Shown here: positions 39,485 through 50,530 of the stretch, one piece after another
Layout: each line of letters starts with the position of its first letter
Position numbering within the stretch: position 1 is the first letter of the stretch
Assembly: GCF_963921235.1 (NCBI RefSeq)
Contig: NC_086108.1
Location: 18,290,001 to 18,354,000, forward strand
Source: Mobula hypostoma
Lineage: Eukaryota
Direction of reading: 5' to 3'
DNA: 64,000 bases
Made by a program: the position numbers and the translations under genes
The notes under the pieces: generated by a model
Database searches by the model: none
Told to the model about the DNA's origin: nothing
Seen by the model: only the letters and a program-made list of their open reading frames with translations

Positions 39485-41340
39485 GCCCTTCTGCATCCTA
39501 CCTGTTTCCTCAACACTACCTGCCCCTCCATCAATCTTCGTATCATCTGCAAACTTGGCAACAAAGCCATCTAATCCATCATCAATATCATTTATTTACA
39601 GCATAAAAAGAAGTGGTTCCAACACCGACCCCTGTGGAACACCTCTAGTCACTGGCAGCCAACCAGAAAAGGATCCTTTTATTCCTCGCTGCCTCCTACC
39701 AAGTAGCCAATGCACTAACCATATTAGTAACTTCCCTGAAATACCATGGGTTCTTAATTCGGTAAGCAGCCTCATGTGTGGCACCTTGTCAAAAGCCTTC
39801 TGAAAGTCCAAATATACAACATCCACTGCATCCCCTTTATCTATCCTAATTGTAATCCCCTCAAAGAATTCCAACAGGTTTGTCAGGCAAGGTTTTCCCT
39901 GAAGGAAACCATGCTGACTTTGTACTATATTGTCCTGTGTCACCAAGTACTCATCACCTCATTCTCAACAATTGACTCTACATCTTCCCAACTACTGAGG
40001 TCAGGCTAACTGGTCTACATTTTTCCTTTCTGCTGCCTTCCTGCTTACTTAGAGTGGAGTAACATTTGTAATTTTCCACTTCTCTAGCACCATGCCAAAG
40101 TCCAATGATTTTTTTAAAGATCATTTCTCATGCCACCACAATCTCTAACACTACCTCTTTCAGAACCCTAGGGTGCAGTCCTTCTGGTCTGGGTGACTTA
40201 TTTACCTTTAGGTCTTTCAGCTTTCTGAGCACCTTCTCTCTTGTAACAATAACTGCACCCACTTCTCTTCCTTCACACACTGCAACATCAGGCTTACTGC
40301 TTGTGTCTTCCACATGTAAGAATGACGCAAAATACTCATTCATCAGCCATCTCCTTGTCCCCCGTTATTATTTCTCTGCCTCATTTTCTAGTGTTCTATA
40401 TCCACTCTAATTTTTCTTTTATTTTTCATGCACTTGAAAAAACTTTTACTATCCATTTTGATATTATTTGCAAGCTTGCTTTCATATTTCATCTTTTCCC
40501 TTCTAATGATTCTTTTAGTTGCTCTCTGTAGGTTTTTAAAAACTTCCCAGTCCTTTATCTTCCCAATAATTTTTGCTTTGTTGTATGCCCTTTCTTTTGC
40601 TTTTACAATAGCTTTAACTTCCCTTGTCAGCCATGGTTGTACTATTTTGCCATTTGAGTATTTCTTCATTTTTGGAATACACATGTATTTTGGAATACAC
40701 CTTCCTCATTTTTCCTAGAATCGCATGCCATTGCTGCTCTGCTGACATCCCTGCCAGCAGCTCCTTCCAATCTACTTTGGCCAACTCCTCTCTCATAACA
40801 CTATAATTTCCCCTTCTCCACTGAAATACTGCTACATCAGACTTTACTTTCTCCCTAAAAAATTTCAAGTTGAGCTCAATCATATTCTGATCACTGGTTC
40901 CAAAGGGTTCTTTTCCTCTAAGTTCCCTAATCATCTCCGGTTCATTACACAACACTCAATCTGGTATAGATGATCCCCTAGTAGACTCAAACAATATACT
41001 GCTCTAAAAAGCTGTCTCTTAGGCATTCAACAAACTTTTTCTCTTGAGATCCATTACCAACCTGATTTTCCCAATTGACCTGCATGTTAAAATCTCCCAT
41101 GACTACCATAACATTTTGCCCTTTTGACTCGCCTTTTCTATTACCTGTGGTAACCTGTGGTCCACCTCCCAACCACTGTTGGGAGGCCTGTATATAACTG
41201 CCATCAACATCTTACCCTTCCAGTTTCTTAACTCAACCCACAAGGATTCAACATCTTCCGATCCTATGTCACACCTTTCTACTGATTTGATGCCATTCTT
41301 TACCAGTAGAGCCACACCACCCCGTCTGCCTACCTTCCTA
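39485..41340 (-). mobile_element. Decayed CR1 LINE (APE-RT)
   Basis: [26 protein letters not shown] motifs on the minus strand. Confidence 0.85.
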
Positions 41341-41964
41341 ACTAGGATAACTAGGGAGAGGGTTGGACCACACATGGATAAAGAGGGGAACATTTGCTTG
41401 GATGTGGAGAATGTGAGTGAAGTACCAGATGAGAATTTTGCTTCAGTATTTACCAAGGAAATGGAGGACTAGGAGATCAGTGCTGAGCGTATAAATATGT
41501 TAGGACGTTTAGAGTTCAAGGAGGAGGAAGTGTTGGGCCTTCTAATGAGTATTAATGTGGATATGTCTCCAGGGGATTTACACCAGGTTTTGAAGGAGGC
41601 AAGAGACAAGATTGCTGGGCCCTTGACCAGGATCTTTGTGTCTTCTCTAGCCATAGGTGAGGTCCCAGATGACTGGTGTGTGGCTAATGTTAAGCTTCTT
41701 TTTAAGAAGGGAACAAGGAAGAATTCTGGGAAGTATAGACTGATGAGTCTCACATCGGTTGTAGGGAAATTGTTGGAGAACATAATTAGGGATGGAGTAT
41801 ATGAGCATTTGGAATGGTCAGGCATAAAAGAATGCCGTGGAATTCACCTAATTAGGAGGAGCCAGCAAGGCTTTGTGTGGGTTAGGTCGTGTCTTACCAA
41901 CTTAATAGAGTTTTTTGACAAGGTGATGAGAGAGATTGATGAGGGTAGAGCAGTGGATGTTGTC

Positions 41965-42883
41965 TGTTACGTACCCCGTAACTGGGTTGCCAAACCAGCA
42001 GAAATGGATCACTCAGTTGGAGTCTGGATTACTGGAACTAAGAAAGTTTTATTAAAGAAACAAGCAACACAGTACTCTAATCAAAAGGATAATAACTGCA
42101 ACAGTTCAGCAATGATAAACACACATGTACACAGAATTAGGATAACAGGATCAATCAAGCTCTATCGTCGACTAGGGGTAAATGACCAGTTTCAAAGTGA
42201 CGCAAAGTTCAGTTCAATTGAGTTCAGTTCAGTTCACAGTAATCACTGCCGTGGCGATGGACGGGGGGTGGGGGGAGGGAAGGAGAGAGAGAGCAAAAGC
42301 GAATGAATATTCAAACGGCTTCCACACAGACCTTCGATATTCTTTGCAGTCAGCTTTCGGGAGAGCCCTTTGTAATGTCTTCTGAGGTCACCGACTGTGA
42401 CCCCTCCGTTTTCAGATACGATTGTTTCTCTGCAGTGAACCTGGCACCCAGGCAAGGGCAGACACACACCAGGTTCCCGCCGATCGTACCTTTCCACCCC
42501 GTGCGTCTATGTCTTGGTCCCGCGACCAGCCCTCCAAACCTCCAACCAACTTGTGGGAGGCGCACCGCTTCCAGGGTCTCATTACCTTGTGGTGTCGTGT
42601 GTGTCTTGCCTTAGCGATCCTGTCCCTTTTTATCCCCCTGCTGGGGTATCGCCTGTCCATCACTTCAAACAGTTCAGGGTTCAAAGAGAAGCCAATCTTG
42701 ACAGCTCTCAGACCGTGTCTCCTCCCGTTAATCTCTCCCGTCCCTTCATTAACATCTCCAAATGCTGCTCCATTGTTTTCCTTATCTCTCTTTCTCCTGA
42801 AGACAGGTGGCAGACCAACTGCTGATCCCACTGGTGCCAACACAGGACAGTTAACATCTTAGTCTATGTGTACTTTCGTCACA
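41965..42883 (-). repeat. 3' LTR (919 bp)
   Basis: Direct repeat of 46097-47009; preceded on the minus strand by the PPT-like AAAGTTGAGGGG (42884-42895). Confidence 0.95.
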
Positions 42884-43055
42884 CCCCTCAACTTTAAGGA
42901 TTTTTACCAGGGTAAAAATTACAAACATGAATACATTATTTGATACACACAAATATACATCTTCATCAGCTATTTGGCTAATACAGCGAATTTGAAGTTG
43001 TCAACACCTGACAGACAGTCAGCAATCACATTTTCTGTTCCTTTTATATGTGTTA

Positions 43056-44303
43056 TTAATAATCCCTTAAACCAGGCTCCAACTTAGCAAACTTCATAGT
43101 GGCCGAAAACACTGATGAATTGCGATCAATGTAACCTCTCATTGGGTTTCGTCCCGGACCACAATAACAAGGGTCGTCCCATCCCGACTTAGTTTTCTTT
43201 CGCAAGGGCTTAGTAGGAGGGGGAGGGGTAGTAACCGCAGAGTTATTGCAAAACTTCCTACAGTCCCCCACCATCTCCAAGAGCCTTCTGAGGGCCCTCT
43301 TGTCTGTCGGGGTTGGGATGTCAGAGATAGCCCGCACCTTAGCTTGCATCGCTGCCAGCTGCCCCTGTGTCACCACAATTCCCAGATAAGTGACCTTCGT
43401 GTGGCCGAACTCATTTTTTTCAAGGTTCACTATCAAGCTGGCTTCAGACAGCCGTATTACATCGCCAATACACACCTCTGTGTTCGTTAGCCCTTTCGTC
43501 ACTGAATTACTCATTCTATAGGGGTGTTGCTCACTAGGCTGACCTAGCGTGACAAACACCACCCAACGTCCCAGTTCTTTGCATCGCCTCGGGACAATCA
43601 AACACACGTGTGCGAGCCGTTTAATTACTTCTCCTATAGAGTCGCTTTGTTCGGGGATTAAGGGAGAGACCTTATCAGCAGAGCTGGCCAAAACAATAGC
43701 CTTCTCCCAACTGGTCGATACCATACTCATCTTTTCAAAATGGTTTTTTTCTCTTATCAGGGGGACCCTAGCTTCATTGATTTCCGCGCTAACACCAACT
43801 AGGTTTGTTAGCATATCAAAAGCCTGTGACTGTCTCAGTTCGCATCTGCCATAATCAATAACATCCTTCCTCCTGTGCAGCTGGTAAACCTCTTTCACGT
43901 TTCCACCAACTGTTTCCTCCAGCACCGCAAAATGTCCACCGAGGGGTACCTTGTGGGCCAGGTTAAAAATCTCATCCCCATAACTCTTTTGCACCACGCC
44001 CAATTCCTCATCTGCGGGTACGGTACTTGGTCTCCCTTTCTTCCTTAGCACTTCCTCCTCCACACAATAGCCTACTGGCTCCCTTCTTAACTCTGCGTCA
44101 GAGAGAGCTGTCTCCGCCAAAACCATCAGCTCCTCGTCTCGCTCCTGCGCCTGCACAAATTCTTTCCTGGCTAATGCTAAGTCTGTCTCAGCTCTCTCAC
44201 TACCTCTTGTTTCACTACACTCCTTCTTTTCACTTTCTACCTCCTCCTGGTACGTCTCAGCTAAATTTACTTCAGCAGTCCCGGGATGAACCTGTGAGTC
44301 CAT
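43056..44303 (-). pseudogene. Pol-remnant ORF (415 aa): eroded integrase Zn region, RT fragments and RNase H remnants; catalytic cores missing
   Basis: AHKVPLGGHF (IN Zn-region remnant), QHPYRM (RT start), VCIGDV where YxDD is expected, VNLEKNEFG..VTYLG..AKVRAI..PTP..LRRLL; ITHIKGTENVIADCLS lies just past the stop in another frame. Confidence 0.75.
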
Positions 44304-45997
44304 GGGCTGGCAGGCTGACCTGTCAATCTCACGGCTGGGAACACGATTCCTCCGGCGAGGTCATTACCGAGCAAGACTTCCACGCCTTTCATCGGTAATT
44401 CGGGCCTCACCCCGATTGTGACTAGTCCAGAGACCAGGTTGCTTTGTAGGTGTATCTGGTGCAAAGGGACTGCCTCTGTCCCTTCCCCAATACCTTTGAC
44501 CTTGACCTCCCCAGTCTGGGTCTCTGAACTAAACTCTAATACACTCTTCAATATCAATGACTGACACGCTCCCGTGTCTCTCCAGATCCGCATTGGAACT
44601 GGTTTTAACCCCTCCTTCACCGACACCAATCCGGCCGAGATAAACCTCTCGCGCCCTTCCTGAACTTTGGCAGACCTTTCCTCTCCTAGCAGTTCGTTTA
44701 CCAGCTCGATACAGCCAGTCAAAATCACCGTTTTTCCTTTTCCCGTCTCCTTCTTTGGGGCAAAGCACCTGGACGTAAAGTGTCCGACTTCCCCACAATT
44801 ATAACAAACGACCCCAGGAGACTTCCTACCAGACTGCTCCCGGTCTACCTTATTCTTCTCACTAGTCCCCAGCTTACTTTCTGACTTTTCTGGTGGACTC
44901 TCCCCGCCGTCCTGACTACCCTTCTGGTAGCCTTTACTCGGGGCAAACTTCATTTTATGCATCAATGTGTACTCATCCGCTAACTTAGCAGTTGCGGCTA
45001 ACGTGGCTGCCTCTTTCTCATCTAGGTAGGGCCTCATACCCTCAGGGACACAACCTTTAAACTGCTCAATCAGGATCAGCTGTAGCAGTCTGTCATAATC
45101 CCCATCTACCCCCTTCGAGGCGCACCAACGCTCACAATATGTCTGCATCTCACGGGCAAACTCTAAATACGTGCGGTCCCACTGCTTCCTCGCATTCCGG
45201 AACCTCTGCCGGTATGCCTCCGGGACCAACTCATAAATCCTGAGGATGGCCTCTTTCACCACCTCATACCTCTGGGCATCTTCCGCGGACAAAGCTGAGT
45301 AAGTTTGTTGGGCCTTCCCTTTAAGTACACTCTGAAGCAAAACAGCCCACTTATCCCTCGGCCAGTCCTGACTTGTAGCAACATTTTCGAAATGGAGAAA
45401 GTACCGATCCACATCGGTATCATCAAATGGGGGAACCAGCCTAACCTCCTGGGTCGCCCTGAACCCTCCACCTTGGTTCGGCATGGGCCCCTGCGCTGCC
45501 ATCATCTTTAACTTCTCCAGCTCAAATTCCCTTTCCCTCTGTTTCTCCAACTGCCTCTCTTCTCGCTCCAACTGTGTCTCTCTCTCTCTCTCTCCTGCCT
45601 TTCTAACTCTCTCTCTCTCCTGCCTTTCTAACTGTTTCTCTTTCTCCTGCCTTTCTAACTCTCTCTCTCTCTCTCTCTCTCTCTCCTGCCTTTCTAACTG
45701 CTTCTCTTCGTGTTCTAACTGCCGTACCCAGAACTCGTGCTCGAGTCTCAGTTTTTCAAGCTGTACCTGTACCGCGTCTCCAGCAGGCTTTTCGATAGAC
45801 ACCACCTCCAGCTCCCTTTGGGGAAACACACCTTTAGATACATAGTGCTCTACGATAGCTCTGTGTATCTCCTCTCTCCTCATTGTCGACTTCCCCTTAA
45901 CAAGATTCAACCGTTTGGCCACAGCTGCCAATTCCACTTTCCTGGCATCCTCTAATGCCTCCAAGGTTGGCGCCTTTAGAAATTCCTCAGTCTCCAT
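44267..45997 (-). CDS. Retrotransposon Gag-protease polyprotein with SCAN-like capsid domain, CCHC knuckle and aspartic protease (576 aa)
   Basis: E/R-rich coiled coil; LVPPFDD..YFLHFE..WP..W; PEAYRQRFR..LLQLILIEQF..LADEY (SCAN-like); CYNCGEVGHFTSRC; RDTGACQS..LLGNDL. Confidence 0.88.
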   Translation of the reverse strand: METEEFLKAPTLEALEDARKVELAAVAKRLNLVKGKSTMRREEIHRAIVEHYVSKGVFPQRELEVVSIEKPAGDAVQVQLEKLRLEHEFWVRQLEHEEKQLERQERERERERELERQEKEKQLERQERERVRKAGERERETQLEREERQLEKQREREFELEKLKMMAAQGPMPNQGGGFRATQEVRLVPPFDDTDVDRYFLHFENVATSQDWPRDKWAVLLQSVLKGKAQQTYSALSAEDAQRYEVVKEAILRIYELVPEAYRQRFRNARKQWDRTYLEFAREMQTYCERWCASKGVDGDYDRLLQLILIEQFKGCVPEGMRPYLDEKEAATLAATAKLADEYTLMHKMKFAPSKGYQKGSQDGGESPPEKSESKLGTSEKNKVDREQSGRKSPGVVCYNCGEVGHFTSRCFAPKKETGKGKTVILTGCIELVNELLGEERSAKVQEGRERFISAGLVSVKEGLKPVPMRIWRDTGACQSLILKSVLEFSSETQTGEVKVKGIGEGTEAVPLHQIHLQSNLVSGLVTIGVRPELPMKGVEVLLGNDLAGGIVFPAVRLTGQPASPWTHRFIPGLLK

Positions 45998-46066
45998 TTC
46001 TGCTGTTTGCCTTTTCTTTCTTTCGGGAATTTTAACCCAATCAATTTACTCCGTCCCAAATTTAGC

Positions 46067-46092
46067 GTTCAAAATCCCGGACGAGAACCCCA
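46067..46092 (-). promoter_or_regulatory. Primer-binding site complementary to the tRNA-Pro 3' end
   Basis: Minus strand TGGGGTTCTCGTCCGGGATTTTGAAC, 4 nt from the LTR, versus the tRNA-Pro complement TGGGGGCTCGTCCGGGATTTGAAC. Confidence 0.85.
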
Positions 46093-46096
46093 CTTA

Positions 46097-47009
46097 TGTT
46101 ACGTACCCCGTAACTGGGTTGCCAAACCAGCAGAAATGGATCACTCAGTTGGAGTCTGGATTACTGGAACTAAGAAAGTTTTATTAAAGAAGTAAGCAAC
46201 ACAGTACTCTAATCAAAAGGATAATAAATGCAACAGTTCAGCAATGATAAACACACATGTACACAGAATTAGGATAACAGGATCAATCAAGCTCTATCGT
46301 TGACTAGGGGTAAATGACCAGTTTCGAAGTGACGCAAAGTTCAGTTCAATTGAGTTCAGTTCAGTTCACAGTAATCACTGCCGTGGCGATGGACCGGGGG
46401 GTTGGGGGGGGTGAAGGAGAGAGAGAGCAAAAGCGAATGAATATTCAAACGGCTTCCACACAGACCTTCGATATTCTTTGCAGTCAGCTTTCGGGCGAGC
46501 CCTTTGTAATGTCTTCTGAGGTCACTGACTGTGACCCCTCCATTTTCAGATACGATCGTTTCTCTGCAGTGAACCTGGCACCCAGGCAAGGGCGGACACA
46601 CACCAGGTTCCCGCCGATCGTACCTTTCCACCCCGTGCGTCTATGGTTTGGTCCCGCGATCAGCCCTCCAAAACTCCCACCGACTTGTGGGACGTGCACC
46701 GTTTCCAGGGTCTCGTTACCTCGTGGTGTCGTGTGTGTCTTGCCTTAGCGAACCTGTCCCTTTTTATCCCCCTGCTGGGGTATCGCCGGTCCATCACTTC
46801 AAACAGTTCAGGGTTCAAAGATCTTGACAGCTCTCAGACCGTGTCTCCTTCCGTTAAACTCTCCCATCTCTTCATTAACATCTCCAAATGCTGCTCCATT
46901 GTTTTCCTTATCTCTCTTTCTCCTGAAGACAGGTGGCAGACCAACTGCTGATCCCACTGGTGCCAGCACAGGACAGTTAACATCTTAGTCTATCTGTACT
47001 TTTGTCACA
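46097..47009 (-). repeat. 5' LTR (913 bp)
   Basis: Direct repeat of 41965-42883 with scattered substitutions and small indels; followed on the minus strand by the PBS. Confidence 0.95.
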
Positions 47010-50000
47010 TGTCTATATGGATTTTAGTAAGGCATTTGACAAAGTCCCTCATGGGAGGCTAATCCATAAGATTAAGATGCATGGGGTCCACAGCATATTG
47101 GCTGTTTGGATTCAAACTGGCTTACGCATAGAAAAGAGGGTAGTGGTGAAAAGACTTAGTTGAGCTGGAGGTCTGTAATTATTGGTGTTCCACAGGGATC
47201 TGGATGAAATGATCCGGATGAAAATGTAGATGGGTGGTGAGTAAATTTGCAGATGATACCACAATTTGAGTTGAGTTGTAGAGTTGTGGATAGTATAGAA
47301 AACTGGCAAAGAATATAGCACAATATAGATCAGTTGCAAATAAGGGCAGAGAAATGGCAGATGGAGCTTAACCCAGAAAATTGTGAGGTGTTGCACCTCA
47401 GTAGGGCAAATGCAAGGAGACAGTACACAGTTAACAGCAGGGTCCGTAACAGTGTTGCTGAGCAGAGAGACCTTGAGATCCAAGTTCATATGTCCTTGAA
47501 AGTAGCTACACAGGTCAATAAGGTGGTTAAGAAGGCTTATGGAATGCTTGCTTTTATTAGTTGAGGCACTGAATTAAAAATCATAAGGTAACATTGCAAT
47601 TTTATAAAACTCTGATTAGGCCACATCTGGAATATTGCATCCAGTTCTGGTTACCCCACTATAGGAAGGATGATGAGATTTTGGAGAGGGTTGCAGAAGA
47701 GGTTTACCAGGATGCTACCTGGTTTAGAGGGCATGTGCTATCATGAGAGGCTGGATAAACTTGAGCTGTTTTCTCTGGAGTGGCAGAGGCTGAGGTAAGA
47801 TCTGATAGAGGTTTATAAGGTTATGAGAGGCATGGATAGAGTAGACAGGGAGTATCTGCTTCCCAGAGTAGAAATGTCCAATAGCAGAGGGTATGCATTG
47901 AAGGTGAGAGGAAGTCCATTCAAGGGGAATGTGAGGGGTAAGTTTTTTAGCCAGAGTCATGAATGCCTGGAATGTGCTGCCTGGTATGCTGGTAGAGGCA
48001 AATACCCATTAGGGGCATTTAAGAGACACTTACATGGATGTAAGGAACTGCAAAATGATGTCTCAACTCTTCAACTCAATACCTCAGTCTATGAAAGCCA
48101 GCATGCCAAATATCTTTTTCACTAACTTATGCACCTGTGTCACAACTTTCATAGAGCTATAGACTTTTATTCCAAGGCCTCTCTGTACGTCAACACTTGT
48201 AAAGTTACTGCCACTTACTTTATATATGCTATCAGAATTTACTGTATACTTCAAGAGTATTTCCTCACATTGATCTGAATTAAATTCCATTTGCCACCAA
48301 TCTGCCCAACTTTCCACTTGATAGTTTTAACTGATGATCCTTAGACAATCTCAGAAACCAGATCATAAAGCAATACAGCACAGGACAGGCCACTCTGCCC
48401 CACAGTGTTGTGTTGACCTTTTAACATACTCTTAAGATCAATCTAACTCTTCCCACCTACATAGCCTTTCATTTTCCTGTCATCCATGTAATTATCTAAG
48501 AATCTCTTAAATGTCCCTGATATATCTGCCTCTACCAACACCTTTGGCAGTGCATTCCATGCACCCACCGCTTTCTTTGTCAAAGCAAACTTACCTCTGA
48601 CATCCCCCTGTACTTTCCTCTAATCACCTAAAAATTATGTCCCTGCTATTAATCATTTTCAGCCTTGGAAAATGTCTTTGACTGTCAGACTCTGACTCAA
48701 ATTCATTTATTTATCACATATACATTGAGACATTAGGTGAAATATGTCATTTGTGTAACAACCAACACAACCTAATGAAGTGCTGGGGGCAGCCACACCT
48801 TCAGACATCAGCATAGCATGCCCACAATGTTCAGCAGAACAACGGCAACAAAACCTTTTTCTCTTTGCCGTCCACCCACCTTTATGTCAACTCATCTCCT
48901 CTCTCAAATTTAATCAGTGTACACCTATTATGATGCCTGATCTCATTATAGCACCAAGTATCAAATTGAGGCTTATTCTATGATGTCACAATTTGGCTCA
49001 ACCAATTAAAGATATATCAGCTCATTGAAAGATACTTGGATATCCACATTGAGAATAGGTTGATGAGTTAGGGCTATTCCCTTTGGAGAGGAAGGTGTTA
49101 AAGATAATAAAAGGCATAGACAAGAGTGAACAGCCAGATACGTTTTTCCTAGTTGCACAAATGGCCGATACGATGGGAGATAATTAAGGTGTTTGGAAGA
49201 ATGTACTTGCACATGGTGTCAGAGGTAGGTTTTTTTCACACAGAGCGGTGGGTGCATGAAACCCACTGTCAGGAGTGCTGGTACAGGCGGATACATTAGG
49301 CATATTTAAGAGATTCTTAGAAAAGCACATGGATGAACGAAAAATGGAAGGCTTGTAGGAGGGAAGTATTAGATTGATCTTAGAGTGGGTGAAAAGGTCA
49401 GCTCAATATTGTTGGCAGAAGGGCCTGTACTGTGTCTGATGTTCTATGTTCATCCACCCATTCATACAAACATACAGTCCTCCAATCCCAAGACAGGCCG
49501 AGCCTCCAGCCTCCAATGGATTCATGGACATTGGTTTTTGACTTCTCCAGTGGACTAATAGACCTAGGGCTTCGACTGTTGGGTCTCTACTTCTGGACTT
49601 TGGATTGACCTTCGAGCTTTGATCTTCAGTATTGACCTCAAGACTCACTGATGATGAATGAGGACCCTGGATGAGGACTCCAAACTTCAGGCTTCAAACT
49701 CCAGGCTCACTGATTCGCAAACTTAGGGGTCACCAGCTCTCTTATCTCCTGACTGCATGGATCTCCAATCCCACATGATTTGTTAGAGGGTAGATGGCAT
49801 TAAGTTGGAAAGAATGTAAAGGAAATTTCTGAGGATGTTGCCAGGACCTTAGTTATGGAGAGAGCTTGTGAAAGTTGGAATCTGTTTTGCAATGGTGTGT
49901 AGGGGAATGAGGAGTGATCTTATGGAGATGTATTTGAGGGACATAAAGAGGGTATTTGTACACAGGGTTAGAAAATCACCAACTAGAGGGCATAGGTTTT

Positions 50001-50530
50001 TGGTCAGAGGGGAGAGATTTAGTAGGAACCTGAAGGGCAACCTTTTCACCCAGAGGGTAGTCTGGATATGGAACGAACAGCCAGGGGGAGTGGTTGAAGG
50101 AGGTACATTAGCATTTAAAAGGTAAATGGATGGGAAACGTTTCGAGGGATATGGACCAAATTAAGATAAATGGAACTAGCTTAGGTGGGGATCTTGATGT
50201 GCGTGGATCATTTAGGCCAAAGGGCATGTTTCCATGCCATATAACTCCATGTTTGTGGTGTTCTATCCCCTGGTTCCATAGGGCTGGAAGCGTACATTTT
50301 TTAGAAAGAGGGAAAGAGATAGACCATAAGCACAAGAAATGCTGGAAATTGAAAGCAACACACACAAAATGCTAGAGAAACTAAGCAGGTCAGGAAATAA
50401 ACAATAAACATCTATGGAAATAAATAAACAGTCGCCGTTTTGGGCTAAGACCCTTCAGGACTGGAAAGGAAGGGGGAAGGCAACAGAATTAAAAAGGTGG
50501 TGGGGGGAGGCGGGAGTATAGCTAGAAGGT

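Larger units (their letters stand above)
41965..47009 (-). mobile_element. Complete Gmr1-like Ty3/Gypsy LTR retrotransposon (5,045 bp), internally deleted and non-autonomous
   Basis: Direct LTRs 41965-42883 and 46097-47009 (TGTTAC...GTCACA on +); 4-bp TSD TGTC (41961-41964, 47010-47013); PBS and PPT place it on the minus strand; two ORFs. Confidence 0.95.
41341..48050 (+). mobile_element. CR1 LINE (RT) split by the Gmr1-like LTR element at the VDVV|YMDF motif
   Basis: GTGGATGTTGTC (41953-41964) resumes as (TGTC)TATATGGATTTTAGTAAGGC at 47010 onward. Confidence 0.9.

Noticed and set aside
41497..42306. 269-aa ORF that looks like a novel RT fusion protein
   Set aside because: Chance read-through from the CR1 RT (…RAVDVV) into the inserted LTR sequence.
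45570..45700. (CT)n/(AG)n microsatellite as an independent repeat
   Set aside because: It encodes the E/R-rich coiled coil of the Gag ORF on the minus strand.
46067..46092. tRNA-Pro-like sequence as a tRNA gene
   Set aside because: Only the 3' end including CCA is present, adjacent to an LTR, so it is a primer-binding site.
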